A DNA stretch of 64,000 nucleotides from positions 19,096,001 to 19,160,000 of the forward strand of contig JAQFVV010000003.1 of the NCBI GenBank assembly GCA_028023455.1. The letters are read 5' to 3'. Made by a program: the position numbers and the translations under genes. The notes below the pieces were generated by a model. The model was given only the letters and a program-made list of their open reading frames with translations, ran no database searches and was not told where the DNA came from. This stretch comes from Epiperipatus broadwayi (taxonomy: Eukaryota; Animalia; Onychophora). Within the stretch, counting starts at the first letter, position 1. Each line of letters starts with the position of its first letter. Positions 51,179 through 64,000 of the stretch are shown one piece after another.

Positions 51179-52289
51179 TGTTATATTTTGTAGAAAATAT
51201 ATTAGACTTTAGTAATTCGAGAGCTATAAGTTATAAAGCTAAGTTTTATTTCAGAGAAAAAACAGTAATGAAATGTAAATACATATCTAGTTTAAAAAGC
51301 AATAAAAAGATGTGAATGTAAAGAGATATGTAAGTTTTAAAAAGTAATGAAAAAATAAATTCTGTAAAAATAAAGCAAACTTTATTTTAATAATTTAAGT
51401 TTAAGTCTAATTCAATGAAGAAAGATTGGTTTGCAGATAAATTAGACTTAAACAGATAAAGATTGTAAGTTAAAAGCATTCTATAAAAGATTGCCAAAAG
51501 ATAATGCAAGTGATTATTTTCAAGGCCGGATGTGGATTTAAAATACCAAGAAAACTTGTTAAAATCAAACTATTTTAGTAGAAAACAAATTGAATATTTT
51601 TTGAAGCTAATTGCTGTGGAATGCAAACGGACATAATTAGAAGCCGGATCCTTATCAGCATTGTAAAGATGCATTAGTAAAATGGGTTTATAATTACATT
51701 GGAATGATATGAATTTTTTTAAATGATAGCAAACAAGGAGAAAACAGTATAAATAGTACGCGCAAAAAAAGAATAGCGTCATCAGCTTTTCTCCACTCAT
51801 TGCATGCTGTTGTGTTACTGTCATAAGGACCTTTGAGAAAAGTTGAGGGGAGAAGTGGCTCTAGGTTTTTCTGCAATGATGGAAGTGTCCCAGAATCCAT
51901 GTCTCTGAAGGTGAAAGATAGTCGGCTAGGGAAAATGTTTATAGACCTTACCAGTCATTTATTATTTGTGTTTGCCTAAGAAAGTCCAATTAGGATTTTG
52001 TTGTAAGTACTGTGAGTATAAACTTTTAGTATTCACTTAGGTCTACCACTATTTTAATGGCAGTATTTGTTTGGTGCTGATTATAGCATAGAAGATTTAG
52101 AACTTTAAATCGAGGACTAATTGTTAAGGTGTATATAAATTAACTATGGATCGTTATTTAGTAAAATCTTAATTGATGTTTATATATATATAATATGTAA
52201 ATAAATGTATTCTTATTTAAGAACGTTTGGGGTAATTAATAAATTTATGATAATCATTGGTAGTCAGCCTCATAGCTGAATATACAACA
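51179..52289 (+). repeat. 5' LTR (~1.1 kb)
   Basis: Colinear with 55159-56174 plus 58081-58188. Ends gctgaatatacaaca. Confidence 0.9.
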
Positions 52290-53063
52290 AAGCTGGCACA
52301 ATCTGACAGTCGCATTTAAATCAGGTGCAAAAGTAGAGATTTGTTATAATAGTGTTTATATATTAGTGTCTCATGTAAATAGGTTTGTTTTAGGATAGTT
52401 TAGTATAAACTAGGATTTTGTTCTTGTGAATAGGATTTTGTTCTTGTGAATATATTTAATAAAAAATGTCATTGGGACAGTGAGCAATAGTCGAATTTGT
52501 AGGGGGTGCTGGTGAATGGCTGTTTTATGCTACTCAGAAATTTTTTTCTTACTAAATGTTATTGTGAATGAGAAGAAAAAATAGCTACATTGTTATATCT
52601 ATCAGGCAGAGGGGTAATTGTGATAAATAAATATTACGAGTTACCTATAAAGGATACAGTAGCATATGAGGATATTGTAAAAAAGTTGACTGATCATTTT
52701 AGCCCCAGTCAATTGAAGTACATAGCCCAGTTGTCTCTAAGAAACAAAGACAAGCAAAGGGTGAATCTATAAAAGATTACAGTTTAATTTTAAGGCAATT
52801 AACAAAAGATTGCTTATACAGGAACTATGTAGAAGAAATATTGTTCGATCAGTTCTTATGGGTCTGCTTGATGAAAGTCTGAGAAAAAAATCTGTGTGAT
52901 ACAGATTTGAACTTTGAATCAGCTATCAAGAAGGGAGTAATTTATGAGCTAATATTAGCACAAGTAGCCTGTTTTAAAAATAAAACTGATAACGAGGATA
53001 TAGATGTGGAAAACAGATCATAAAGAAGCAGATACACAGTAAATGGATCAAAGAAATTGATTA

Positions 53064-54138
53064 CACCTGGGTCTCTTTTTACGCGGACTTATTTAACACG
53101 ATTTTGAAGTTATGCGATTCATGATTCACCGGAAGTCGAACTCCGATAATGCGCTATTACTTTAAATAATAAATTTCGCGCACTTACATTATATTGAAAG
53201 TAATAGCACATTATTGGAATTCGACTTTCATCTTAGTAATTTTAATATTTTCAGTGCTTTATAATAGTAAGATTTTATGCAATAATGAAATTAAAATCAA
53301 GATTTTCACATTTTATGTATACACACATTAAATTTTACAAGATTATAATGTAAATTTGTTCAAACATTGTGCGTGCTAATTTTGCATTTTAAATCACATT
53401 CTGTTTTTGCTTTTTAAAAAAGAACGTAATCAATTATTAATCATTTAGTGTCCACAAGTTTATTTTTAAAAGGTCAGTAATAGCAGTGGGCACAATTAAA
53501 TTTGACAATTAAAAATTAAAATCTGATTTTTAATTGTAATTAACAATTTAAAAATTACTTACGGCGATTTGAAATTAATGTGATGTGAAATTTGATTTTT
53601 AAATGGAATTGAAAATTAAAGACAAAAATAAGAATTTAATTTTTAGTTATTAGTTTCATAAACAATAAAATCATCGTCTCAAAGGTTAATTACTAATTAC
53701 GTTGTCACCAGAAAACCATTGACACAACATGAGTGAAGTTGACGCTAGTTGTATTTCCTCAGTTTGCAAACAAACATGTTTATTGGCAAATAGCGATAAT
53801 AATTAAACCGTGTATAAAAAAATATAAATTACTGTACTGTAAATTATGCATAAAAATATATTATTTTGAATAAAATTAAATATTATAGTTAAAAAAAGTT
53901 TGTATTGTATCAATTTTTTTCAAATTTGAAATTTTTTATTAGTCATTTTATTTCCTGATTTTTTTTTTTGCATGAATTTTAAAGTAATTTTACGTTGGTG
54001 CTTTGCTTTTACGCAAATTTTGAAAAATCACAGACCGCATCCCTCCTTTTTCAATGTAAGTTCCGTCTATTTTTGCGCGATTTCGTTTGCGCGTGTTTTC
54101 TGAGGAACCTATCTATCGCTTAAAACGAGACCCAGGTG
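53064..54138. mobile_element. Tc1/mariner-pogo-type MITE with TA TSD inserted in gag
   Basis: TA|CACCTGGGTCTC ... GAGACCCAGGTG|TA. Removing it rejoins the gag region in front of the zinc knuckles. Confidence 0.9.
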
Positions 54139-55158
54139 TATTTGTTTCTACTACAGTAAAAAAGGGCACATAAAAAGCCAGTGCAAGTTTCTGGGGCAAA
54201 AGTGCCATAACTGTAATGCAAAAGGACACTTAAAAAAAAGATGTATATGGCAAAAGCCAGTCGTCAGTGATATAATAATATAAATTCAAATGAAAGTGTA
54301 ACAGCTGATATGGTGAGTATAAATATGAGAACAAGTCTGAGTAATAAATTTATGTTAAAATTAGAAATGTGCAATAGAAACATCGAAATGGATATTGATA
54401 GCGGATCGAGAATTTCATTGTGCTCAAAGAAATTATGGAAAGTGATTAAGAGAAAATGCACTGAGGCTCCAATTAGATAAATATAAGAGCTGTTGATGTC
54501 AGTGGCAACAAATTCCGTATGATGGGCTATGCTATAAAGCATTAAAAATAGGATATTAAAATTGTCTTTATACATAAGAAAAATTCCACTAATAGGGCGG
54601 AACTGGTTTCACAAGTTAAACAAATATAAATGTTAATGCTGTGAATAATGTGGCAAGCAGACTAATATGAAAAGCACTGCCTATGAATGGTAAAGCTAAG
54701 GAAAAGAGAAACATAGTAAGCAAAGAAAAAATGGTTATTGAGAGTTTCAGAATCATAGCACCAGTATATGATAGAGTTCAAGTAGAACTTTGTTCAAAGG
54801 GGCAGCAGTAAAGAATCTCAAATTAAGCAGAAATGATTAATGGTGACTATGATGGCATAAAAAGATGCCACACAAACTATGTTAGAGGGTGAGGTAGACC
54901 TGTCACCATTGAATATAGCATGTGGAATGAAAAATCTGAAAAGAAAATGAGAAACCCTAAGACAATCATGAAATAAAAATGATAATGTTGTGGTGGGAAA
55001 ATTATTGAAAAATAAAGCCTGAAAAAATGTTTCAGAACAGAAAGTTGCAATAGTAGAAAAAGAATCACCCAAGCCTATTCATAAAAAATGTAAACCAGAT
55101 ATACTTGGTGATTATGTGTAGCAAGTTTAATAGGATTTTTCTCTGAAGTGGAGGGAGA

Positions 55159-58100
55159 TGCTATATTTTGTAGAAAATATATTAGTCTTTGGTAACTCGA
55201 GAGCTCTAAGGTATAAAGATAAGTTTTTTTCCTGCAGAGAAAAATTAATGAAATGTAAATACATATCTAATTTAAAAAGCAATAAAAAGATCACTAATAA
55301 TTAATGGGAACATAAATATAAATAGATATGTAAGTTTTAAAAAGTAATGAAAAAATAAATTCTGTAAAAATAAAGAAACTATTTTGATAATTTAAGTTTA
55401 AGTCTTATTCAAGAAAGAAAGATTGGTTTGCAGATAAATTAGTCTTAAACAGATAAAGATCGTAAGTTAAAAGCATTCTATAAAAGTTTGCCAAAAGATA
55501 ATGCAAATGATTATTTTCAAGGCCGGATATAACTCTTGAATTTAAAATACCAAGAAAACTTGTTAAAATCAAACTATTTTAGTAGAAAACAAATTGAATA
55601 ATTTTTTAAGCTAATTACTGTGGAATGTGAACGGACATAATTAGAAGCCAGATCCTTATTGGCATTGTAAAGATGCATTAGTAAAATGGATTTACAGTTA
55701 CATTGAAATGATAGAAATTTTTTAAATGATAGCAAGCAAGGAGAAAACTAAATAGAGTGCACAAAAAAGAGCGTCGTCACCTTTTCTCCAAGCATCGCAT
55801 GCTGTTGTGTTTCTGTTATAAGAACCTATCGGAAGAAGTTGCCCTGGACTTTTCTAACAACGATGGAAGTATCCCAGAGCCCATGCCTCTGAAAGTGAAA
55901 GATAGCTGGCTATTCAAAATGTTTATAGACCTCACTGGTCTTTTATTATTTGTGTTCGCCTGTGAACGCCCAATTAGGATTGTGTTTTAAGTACTATGAG
56001 CATAAACTTAGTATTCACTTAGGTCTACTACTATTGTAGTGGCAGTATTTGTTTGTTTGGTGGTGATTATAGCATTTAAGATTTAGTACTTTAAATCAAG
56101 CACTAATTGTTAATGTGTACATAAAGTAACTATAGGTCGTTATTTAGTAAAATCTTAATGGATGTATATATATAGTACTGCTAATGAACAGCACTATATG
56201 TAAAATTGTTGTTCACAATTATTAAAATAAAATCTTATATTTAAATAATGAAAAGATTTTGAAATTAAAATATCTCAATTGAAAAAAGTAATCTATAAAA
56301 AGTTAAAGTTTTCTTCATATAAACGTAGATCACCAAAGGGCAAATGTCATTTATTAGTATAAGTTTTACTAGTTTGAAATAATAATGATAAAAACAATTA
56401 GAAGGGGGATTAAACGGTCATTCATAAAGCTTTACAAATTAATTTAGGGGGGGTAACTTAGCAAAAATTAAAACTACTAAAGAAAAAAAAAGAGAAAACT
56501 AAAAATCTCTTCATTTATTTTAAGAATAAGTATGTATGAATAAAGATTGTTTTAAACATAAAGAAATAATAAAATGTCTGCATATTAAAAAAATAAAATA
56601 CGAAAGTTAAATATTAAAATAAAGGAAAGCTCATCATTAAATTTTAAAACGCAAAGATTGCTTAATAGATAAGCTGCATAAGAATGGGATTAGCAATGGC
56701 TACTAATTAATTAAAATCCATAAATAACGACTAATTAAAATTCATTTTATCAAAAATTTGATCAACAAAAGCAGTGGACTGATTTTGAACAATGGAAATA
56801 ACTAGTGGGTTTAAAAAATTAATTAAAAGAACAACAATGTCACATAAATAGGGCCGAAAATTTTATCAGTCAGTCATTCACATATCTAGAGTCAATAACC
56901 TATTAGACATTTTTCAATGAATACAATGTGCTGAGCATGCGGCCAGATTCCAGCCTCAGTCCGACAGTACATCAGCAGTCTGCCTGCTAGAAGCAATGCC
57001 CATCTAATAATTTGAAGCCTCCAAGAATGTCTAACTGCCGGAAATAGAAGTTGCCCGGAACCGCAATCGTCAGAACCTTATCAGAAGCCTAAAATCCAAC
57101 AATTGGTAAATCATACATGAAGCAGCAAAGAACAAGAAGCCATGTTTAAAATCCTATAAGTAACAACATTTTCTTATGCCCATTCCTAATTTTTTTATAT
57201 TAATCTATAAGTAGCCATTGCAATCTTTGAATATCTCCAGAGTCAACTAAAATGAACTCTATTGCCAGCATATAATGAACTATAATTTGTGCGGGTTCAT
57301 GTATTTCCTAATGTAAGAAATAAATAGTTACAGAGCTTCAATTCATGAAATAATTAGCTATAATTCCAAGTTTGTGTGCATGCCATCTATATAGTGTTTA
57401 TATTATTGTATGTTATATAAAGAGTATATATAGCTAGCATATATAAAACAATTGTTTATTTAAGTAAAATTTTTATAAAATTTGTTAACAAAGTATAGTA
57501 AATGTTTTAGTTAAAATAAAGTATTTGTTTATCAGTTACTGTCAGTCAATTTTTTAATTATACCATTTAGAACAATTTAGCAGAGAACTTATACAAGCAG
57601 TTTATTAAATTATATTTCCGCTGAGCTAGTTTGGGATTTATCAGGCGTTGAATTAGTAGCTGTCATCCAGGGTATGTTAGTTACTTCTTGTAATTAACTG
57701 GTGCCTGAAGTTTACTTCAAAACAAATAAAGTACTTTGAATGACAGGTTTTGTATTCAGCAGTTGATAAGTTCTGTAACCTGGAAATATGACTGTAGGTT
57801 ATATCTTGTGTAATCTGTCTGGCTACAGGTACCCTCTGGGTTTTATACTTCTCTGCCTGAGGAATCGGGTGCTGTAATATTTAAATTGCAGCTGGAGTAG
57901 ATCGAGTTTATAATAAATAATTTTATAATATTGTCATTTTCTATAAAGAGAAGTCAACAATTTGTTTATAATGTTTTCATATTTTGTTTTTATTAAAGAG
58001 TAAGTTTTATTTTGTATTTTTTATTATAAAGTAAAAATTAATTTATATATTTTTTATTCTATCTTCTCCCACCCGGTTCAATATATAATATGTAAATAAA

Positions 58101-58188
58101 TGTATTTATTCTTATTTAGTAATGTTTGGGGTAATTAATACATTTATGATAATTGTTGGTAGTCAGCCTCATAGCTGAATATATAACA
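55159..58188 (+). repeat. 3' LTR interrupted by a ~1.9-kb insertion
   Basis: Homology to the 5' LTR stops in the (TA)n tract at ~56174 and resumes at ~58081. Confidence 0.85.
56175..58080. mobile_element. Unclassified ~1.9-kb insertion in a (TA)n tract
   Basis: Absent from the 5' LTR. Contains GC-richer LTR-like blocks (56930-57140, 57620-57910). No ORF. Confidence 0.7.
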
Positions 58189-59422
58189 GTTTTATATACA
58201 ATCATTTAAAGTAGTTCTCTTCAGCTGACTACAGTTCAACTTTTTGTTGATTTTCTTCATAAATCATCTTGGATTTATTCCCATATATGTTGAATCAGGA
58301 TGCACTTATTGATTTTCTATTATTTTTTGTCAAAGGGAAGGTTTTTTTTTTAATTTTACATAATTATTTTCCTCTAATATTAGTTTCTGAATTATATTTT
58401 AGGTATTTTTTTTAAAAAATAATAATTTGCGTTAAAAATATATAATTACATACATTGAAGAATTATAATTAACAAAATTATAAAAGAATAATATATGTAA
58501 GTTGTTGCAACAGTAATGTTTATAGGTTGTTTTTTAAAAACTTTTATTTAGCAAACAGATTTTTTTTTAAAGATATCTAATAAACTTTATGAAGGAGTCT
58601 GTAGATTCCAATCAGGAAGTAGACTCACTAATGGTTTTTATTAAGTCCTTCAATTCCACCACTATTGTATAGATTTGACCGTCATTGTGTATTTTGTTTT
58701 TTCCCAACTACATAACAATGAGTGATACTGAATCTGTTTTAATGAGACTTGTAGCATCTGGGAAGATCAAATTCACTGTTTTTACTGCTGGATCTGGAAA
58801 AAGAAATTGGTTCAGGGAATTTTGATTTTGTGATCTTCCATAAATGTTGAAACAATATCTTGAGTTAGTGGTAAACCTTACTTATTCAAAAATTTTTATT
58901 CATTTTCTGGAAGGTAATTTTATTTTCTGATATCTGATGAAAGAATATGTAAAAGGACTGAAATTACTATTGGGAGGTAGATGTTAATGCCAATATTTTT
59001 ATGACAATATTTAATTGTGTGTTGAAAAGATTTAAAAATTATTGATAATTTCTATAGAGGATTTTTATTTCTTAGTATAAAGTAATTTTTTTTTTTTACA
59101 AGTTAAAAGTCTTAAAAACACATTTTATTTTTCTTTATTTATGCAAGGCATTATATTGAATCTGTTCTAAATATAAAACAGGGTGATTTAAAATATGACA
59201 TATTTTACCCCATTAACTGTTTAATAAAATTTACTACTAGACAATAAGATTCAAATGAAATATTTTATAATTTTTATGAATAAAAAAATTTTTTAAGTAG
59301 TTATTTTCAGTTTACAAGATCACAAAATAATATATATAGATCCCATTTCTAATCATCCATTGTCCAGTATTTATGCTTATAACACAATTTTTTTTTATTA
59401 TAAGGGTAATTATAACGTAATA

Positions 59423-60429
59423 GGGCTTGGCCACTTGATGGCATTGTTGGCAGTCAAAAACAATACAATGTACGGTTTACGGGGCCGTGTGATTTTTAAA
59501 TCGCTGTTTTTTTTTTTTTTGTTTATTTATTGATTGCTATAACTTTTTTTTTCATGCCTTTTTAATTTTGTATTTAGTAAACGACAACCTTTTTTTTTAT
59601 TTTTAAATCGCTGTTTTTCGACAAATTATCATCATTCCTCCTTTTTAGTTATTAATTGATTGATTGCTAGAACTTTTTTTGCGATGTCTATTTAGCGATG
59701 TCTTTCGCTTAATTATTGCTTTCTACATAACAAAACAACTGGTTAGGGTTAGTGTTCTGTTGTTTGTAATGCTAAAATAAAAAATATCGTAACCGTAGTC
59801 GGACAAAAAAAAACTCAAACTTTTTTAAACAACAACAAACACATATAAATGTCTTCTTTACTTATTAAACATGTTTATAATATGTGCTTTCTTTGAAATT
59901 TACAAAAAATCATGTATATTTTTATTGGACAGCAGAAATACTCAGCTTCTGTTTTCGGCAACTGCGGAAAAAGTTACGCGAACGCCATTTTGTGAACTAC
60001 GTGGTATTTCACGTGAAAACGAGATTTCGCACGCGAACTCGGCCGAATTCTTTTTGACGTACCCTCGGCAAGCTTTTACACATTACACCTTCTCTAAATA
60101 AGGGTGTGGCCATTTGGAAAATTACTATAAAGTCCGGTTTTTTAAATTCATTACAAATACAAAGATTGTGTAACATATATTGTAAAAATTTGACTAATCA
60201 AACTACACACACATATATATCGAACTGTACACGAAAGATAAGTGTGTGGATTCATAGTAACTGTCGCAAAGCAGAAATAGGCCATATTATTTCTGCGTTA
60301 CGTCATCATCAACGGCCTTCTAATGGCTAAGACAAACATTAGATGTTTTCTATAGCCGTAATGAAGGCCTTGTAAATGGCATTTGTTAGGTGTTTTGGCG
60401 AGTCAGAATGCCATCAAGTGGCCAATCCC
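59423..60429. mobile_element. Non-autonomous DNA transposon, 23-bp TIRs
   Basis: gggcttggccacttgatggcatt ... aatgccatcaagtggccaatccc (1 mismatch). CpG-rich interior. No clean TSD. Confidence 0.8.
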
Positions 60430-62149
60430 GGTTAGGTTATAAGTACCATTATAAGTGTTCTGTTTATAAAACTATTCAGTTTTAATAGACATCAAGGTAT
60501 TTAGATGCCTTGTTATCTTCTGCATCTTTTCCATTGATTTTTTTTCTATTGCAGTTTATGCCTACAATTTTTAAGAATGTCAAATAGTTTTATCTAATTA
60601 GTATTTATCCAAACTATAAATTGTTCTAGTAGAGTTCAGTAATAGTTCATCTTTAGACACTGCAGAATTTATGGCAGTGGAACTTGAAACAGTAAATAGT
60701 TGTTCAGTTTGAATATCAGTACTTTAGCTAATTGGTACATAATTTTGAGTCTTTTATTTTCAAAGGTTTATTGAAATTGGCATCAGCCTTTTATTTTTTT
60801 CGTAATATTTCTAAAAATGTACCATTTACTAACAGTTGATTTATCATTCAAATTGTTTTATTTCAACATATGGTTGATTCCAGGATATTTATGTAATTCC
60901 AATGTACTGTGATAATTTATTTTTTATAAATCATGAAATTCAATCTTTTTTTAAATAGATGTTTGAGAAAATACTAATGCGTCCAGAACAATTTTTTCTG
61001 GTGGTGTTCTTTATTTTTTCACAATAGCAACAAAGTTATCCGATTTATTATGAAGATACTATTTTTTGATCTTTCTCTTGTATATATCTATACTATGTGA
61101 TGGTACAAAACAGTTTAGAGCCGCAAAACTACCAAAATTACACAGACTATTGTAGTCAGTACAAGGGCGCCACGAGGCTGATAGCCTAGCATGATCAAAA
61201 AGATTATTCTATAATCAGAGTGTTATTTATTTATGTAACACGCCCACAATTTTTTATAGCGTAATCTTTCGTGGACTCTAATAAATCTGGTAAATTCTCT
61301 CTCCAGGGGATGCATTTGTTGCCAATACTATAGTTATATACTAAAATAACAACACGCAAGTACTAATATATAATAATCTTTATTATACTTTTCTTTTTTT
61401 TATTTATCTTTCCAATCTCCTCTAACTACAATCTAAACTGACTTGATCTATGATGAAATAAAATACTTTCCAATTAACACAATCACTTACTAATTGTGTA
61501 ACAATACTCCTATTCTAACATTATAATAATCTTTCCTGAGGAAATACGCCCACCACTAACCAATTGACAAAGATCCAACTATTGTTGGTGACGCGTCCAA
61601 TTAGGGTTGACAGTCCAGGAGTATTATATAATAGAGAGCTGTATATAGCTTAACTCAAAACGTATCCATTTCTAATGTTAAATAATTTAATCTTGACCAC
61701 TAAATGACGGCTAAGTGTCTTGTGTTTCTTATGACTGGAATTTAAACTGACTAATCTTTTTATCTCTCCACGATCGAGCAGTTCACATTTGTGAAAACAA
61801 AATCTACGTATGTATGAGTATAACAAAGATAAAATAATAAAATAAAAATATATAAAAAAAAATGAAATCAATATAAACCTACTCCCCCAAAATTATGTCA
61901 AAAACTAACGAATCTACAGTAGCTAATATAAATAAATCAACTGATTGAGTCTATAATTGTATTTCACTAATATTATGATAGTAATGTTCACTTTATAAAC
62001 TGTTAATAATTACCCCCTTATTAATCTGATGTTAATCTGGATTAAATTGATGTCAACCATCCATTTCCCAAAATACTGGGCTGTTATCAGTCTGTCAAAT
62101 TTAACCAGAAGAATACAATCCATGGTTTGACATTTTTCAGTAAATTCTT

Positions 62150-62720
62150 GCATGAATCCCTAAGTCCTCTTTTTTTTTAAACCCTTGGCTAGCTGGTTGG
62201 CTTCATACTTTTCCGAAGATGGAAATTCCTCTGCATACTTCAGGTGCAGCTCAGGAGACACTTTCCCCCAGAGAGAAATCCTTAATTCTCTCGAGCCAGT
62301 GAACATTTTCATAGCAACTTACAGCAGTAACTTTAAATAAAAAGTTTTAATAATTAATCTTGAATAAAAGAAGATTCCGTAATTTATACTATTTTCAATT
62401 CTCTCTGCACCTTTAATTAATTTTATTTTCTGAAAAGGATTCACACCTTTTTGGTTACTTAAATGTCTTTTTTTCTTTTGGAATTTTTAATTTTAAAAAG
62501 CTCTTGATTAATTAACAAAATTTACAAGGGATAGACTCTTATAATATTTTTAATTAAAAATCAATATTTATCTTGGATTTCAACAATAGAGTTTAATTGT
62601 GACCTTTTCTAATTTTATCCAACCCACCTTTTTCCCAAGAATTTTAACAAAATAAGCTTTTACTAAAAAAAAACCTTATAATTCAAGATAACTTTAACTT
62701 GAATTATAATCATCTTAAAT
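62150..62720. repeat. Dispersed repeat, paralogue of 30870-31560
   Basis: Same colinear blocks as 30990-31500. Confidence 0.65.
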
Positions 62721-62829
62721 AATTTTTTAAAAATAATACATTAAATAATTTTATAAAATTCTACTTATAAAGTAATGAAATAGCTACGAAATTAAATGTA
62801 TACAAAAGTCATGTCTATAATGCTTTTTA

Positions 62830-63190
62830 ATTCTGTGAAGCCATGTTATGCGATAACCATACCTAACAAGTACTTTTGCTGTAGTGGATAATAATGATAT
62901 TTCACAATAATTACTGCCATCTTACTTTTTATTTTTAAAAATTTCAAATATCTCATCAGGATTTGCAGCCTTTTCATTTTTAAGATTACAAAGAACTCTT
63001 TGATTGCAGTAAGCTGCAAGTCTAAATGAGTAGATAAAATATATTTAAAATCATCATTTCAATTCTTGTAACATTCAAAAAATGATCAAAATATTCTTTT
63101 CACCTGCTTAAAATATTGTCTTTATATAAGAGCATCATTGTTGTATTTAATAGGATTGTGATACTGTTTGTCAGATCCATATAGTGCATA
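62830..63190 (-). mobile_element. RTE LINE fragment related to 4380-4720
   Basis: tcatcaggatttgcagccttttcatttttaagattac versus tcatcaggatctgaagcctttccatttttaaaattac, and gtgatactgtttgtcagatccata versus gtgatactatttctcagatccata. Confidence 0.7.
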
Positions 63191-63744
63191 AAAAAAAAGA
63201 TCTAATAAAAGTATTATCTGTGTAATAAATGAAACTTGGAATTAATTTTATAAAATTTATTATATCCATTACTAATTAAATATTAATTTGCAGCTAGCAT
63301 ATACTATAATCATCTCTAATAGCATATGTGTAACTTATGACAATATTTATTTCTATAATTAATATTGGTATAATAAATTTAAAAGATTATCAAGTAATTT
63401 TATTATATAACATATAATGTTAAATTTGGTCTCAAATTTTTTTTCAGGTTCTAATCATGCTTAATATTTCCTATTAGAAGTATAAATCATTGTCTGTTTG
63501 CTCTAAAAATGAGATGTTAGAATAAAAAATTGATCATCATAGTCAAGCTATTACTGATTATAATCAAGAGTTTAAACTTTTTATCATAGTCATCTGCCTA
63601 ATTAATTTAACCTGTACTTAAGCCAAAGAATTCAACATGCAATAGTATATGTAAGGTTTGTAAGCAAGCATTGCTAGTAATTTTCTTAGTTTAAGTAAAA
63701 GATGAAATACATAGGCTTATATATACCTGTGTCTATATATGTAA

Positions 63745-64000
63745 TAGACAGGGTATGAGCACAGACTTTCACATGACCCACCACTCTCCACACTATCTCA
63801 TAATACTGATACACCTGAACACACATATATTGAAAAGATAAATAATCACCAATATACGTATTTCATGCTAAACCAGCAATCATCAGTTGGTCCAGATTAC
63901 CATCTCTACACATATATGCTACAAGTGCTCAGATTTGCTATCTTAATATATATCTGAGCACTTGTAGCATATATGTGTAGAGATGGTAATCTGGACCAAC
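63745..64000. mobile_element. Second family A locus with terminal inverted repeat (runs off the window)
   Basis: Homologous to 47200-47330. Perfect 49-bp arms at 63886-63934 and 63952-64000 around a 17-nt spacer. Confidence 0.85.
63849..63890 (-). ncRNA. Hammerhead A5, most intact copy
   Basis: Minus strand CCAA-CTGATGA-TTGCT-ggttt-AGCAT-GAAA-T-ACGT-A-TA-TTGG. Full core, stems I and III. The only defect is a U-U at the base of stem II. Confidence 0.85.

Larger units (their letters stand above)
51179..58188 (+). mobile_element. Gypsy-type LTR retrotransposon, internally deleted, with two nested insertions
   Basis: Termini TGTTATAT...ATATAACA and 5-bp TSD GTTTT (51174-51178, 58189-58193). PPT gaagtggagggaga at ~55146-55158. 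gag (YEDIVKKLTDHFSP), double CCHC-type knuckle (~54141-54245) and protease MDIDSGS (~54390). No RT or integrase motifs recognised. Confidence 0.9.

Noticed and set aside
51570-51900. ORFs 51570-51824, 51694-51900 and 55757-55990 as genes
   Set aside because: They lie in the LTRs and are not preserved between the two LTR copies.
60440-61100. Transposase remnant on the minus strand
   Set aside because: Looks coding-like, but no recognisable motif could be read through the stops.
1-64000. CRISPR arrays, rRNA genes or prokaryotic operons
   Set aside because: No regularly spaced repeat-spacer array or rRNA-like sequence. The window is eukaryotic and TE-dominated, and the remaining short ORFs look like AT-rich noise.

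Overview
Very AT-rich, CpG-depleted eukaryotic DNA, most likely arthropod. A chelicerate or scorpion is suggested by a scorpion-toxin-like Cys motif, but this is inference. Most of the window is nested, decayed transposons: RTE-type and other LINEs, two Gypsy-type LTR elements with recognisable LTR pairs and target-site duplications (TSDs), several MITEs, and Penelope-like (PLE) remnants. There is one clear host gene, a single-exon 592-aa ORF (49175-50953, +). It has three Egalitarian-like winged-helix repeats, two cold-shock/OB-like folds where Egl has its exonuclease domain, and an Egl-like dynein-light-chain motif (IDAECQTLSTGDI). The strongest non-coding signal is two families of repeats carrying minimal type I hammerhead ribozymes (HHRs). 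Family A is a ~475-bp monomer arranged in tandem and as a ~1.25-kb palindrome (47170-48420, again at the window end), about 700 bp upstream of that gene's splice acceptor. Family B is a dispersed ~200-bp element with hairpin derivatives. A possible CS-alpha/beta toxin-like exon lies at 22015-22223 (-). All calls were made by eye, with no database searches or folding runs.
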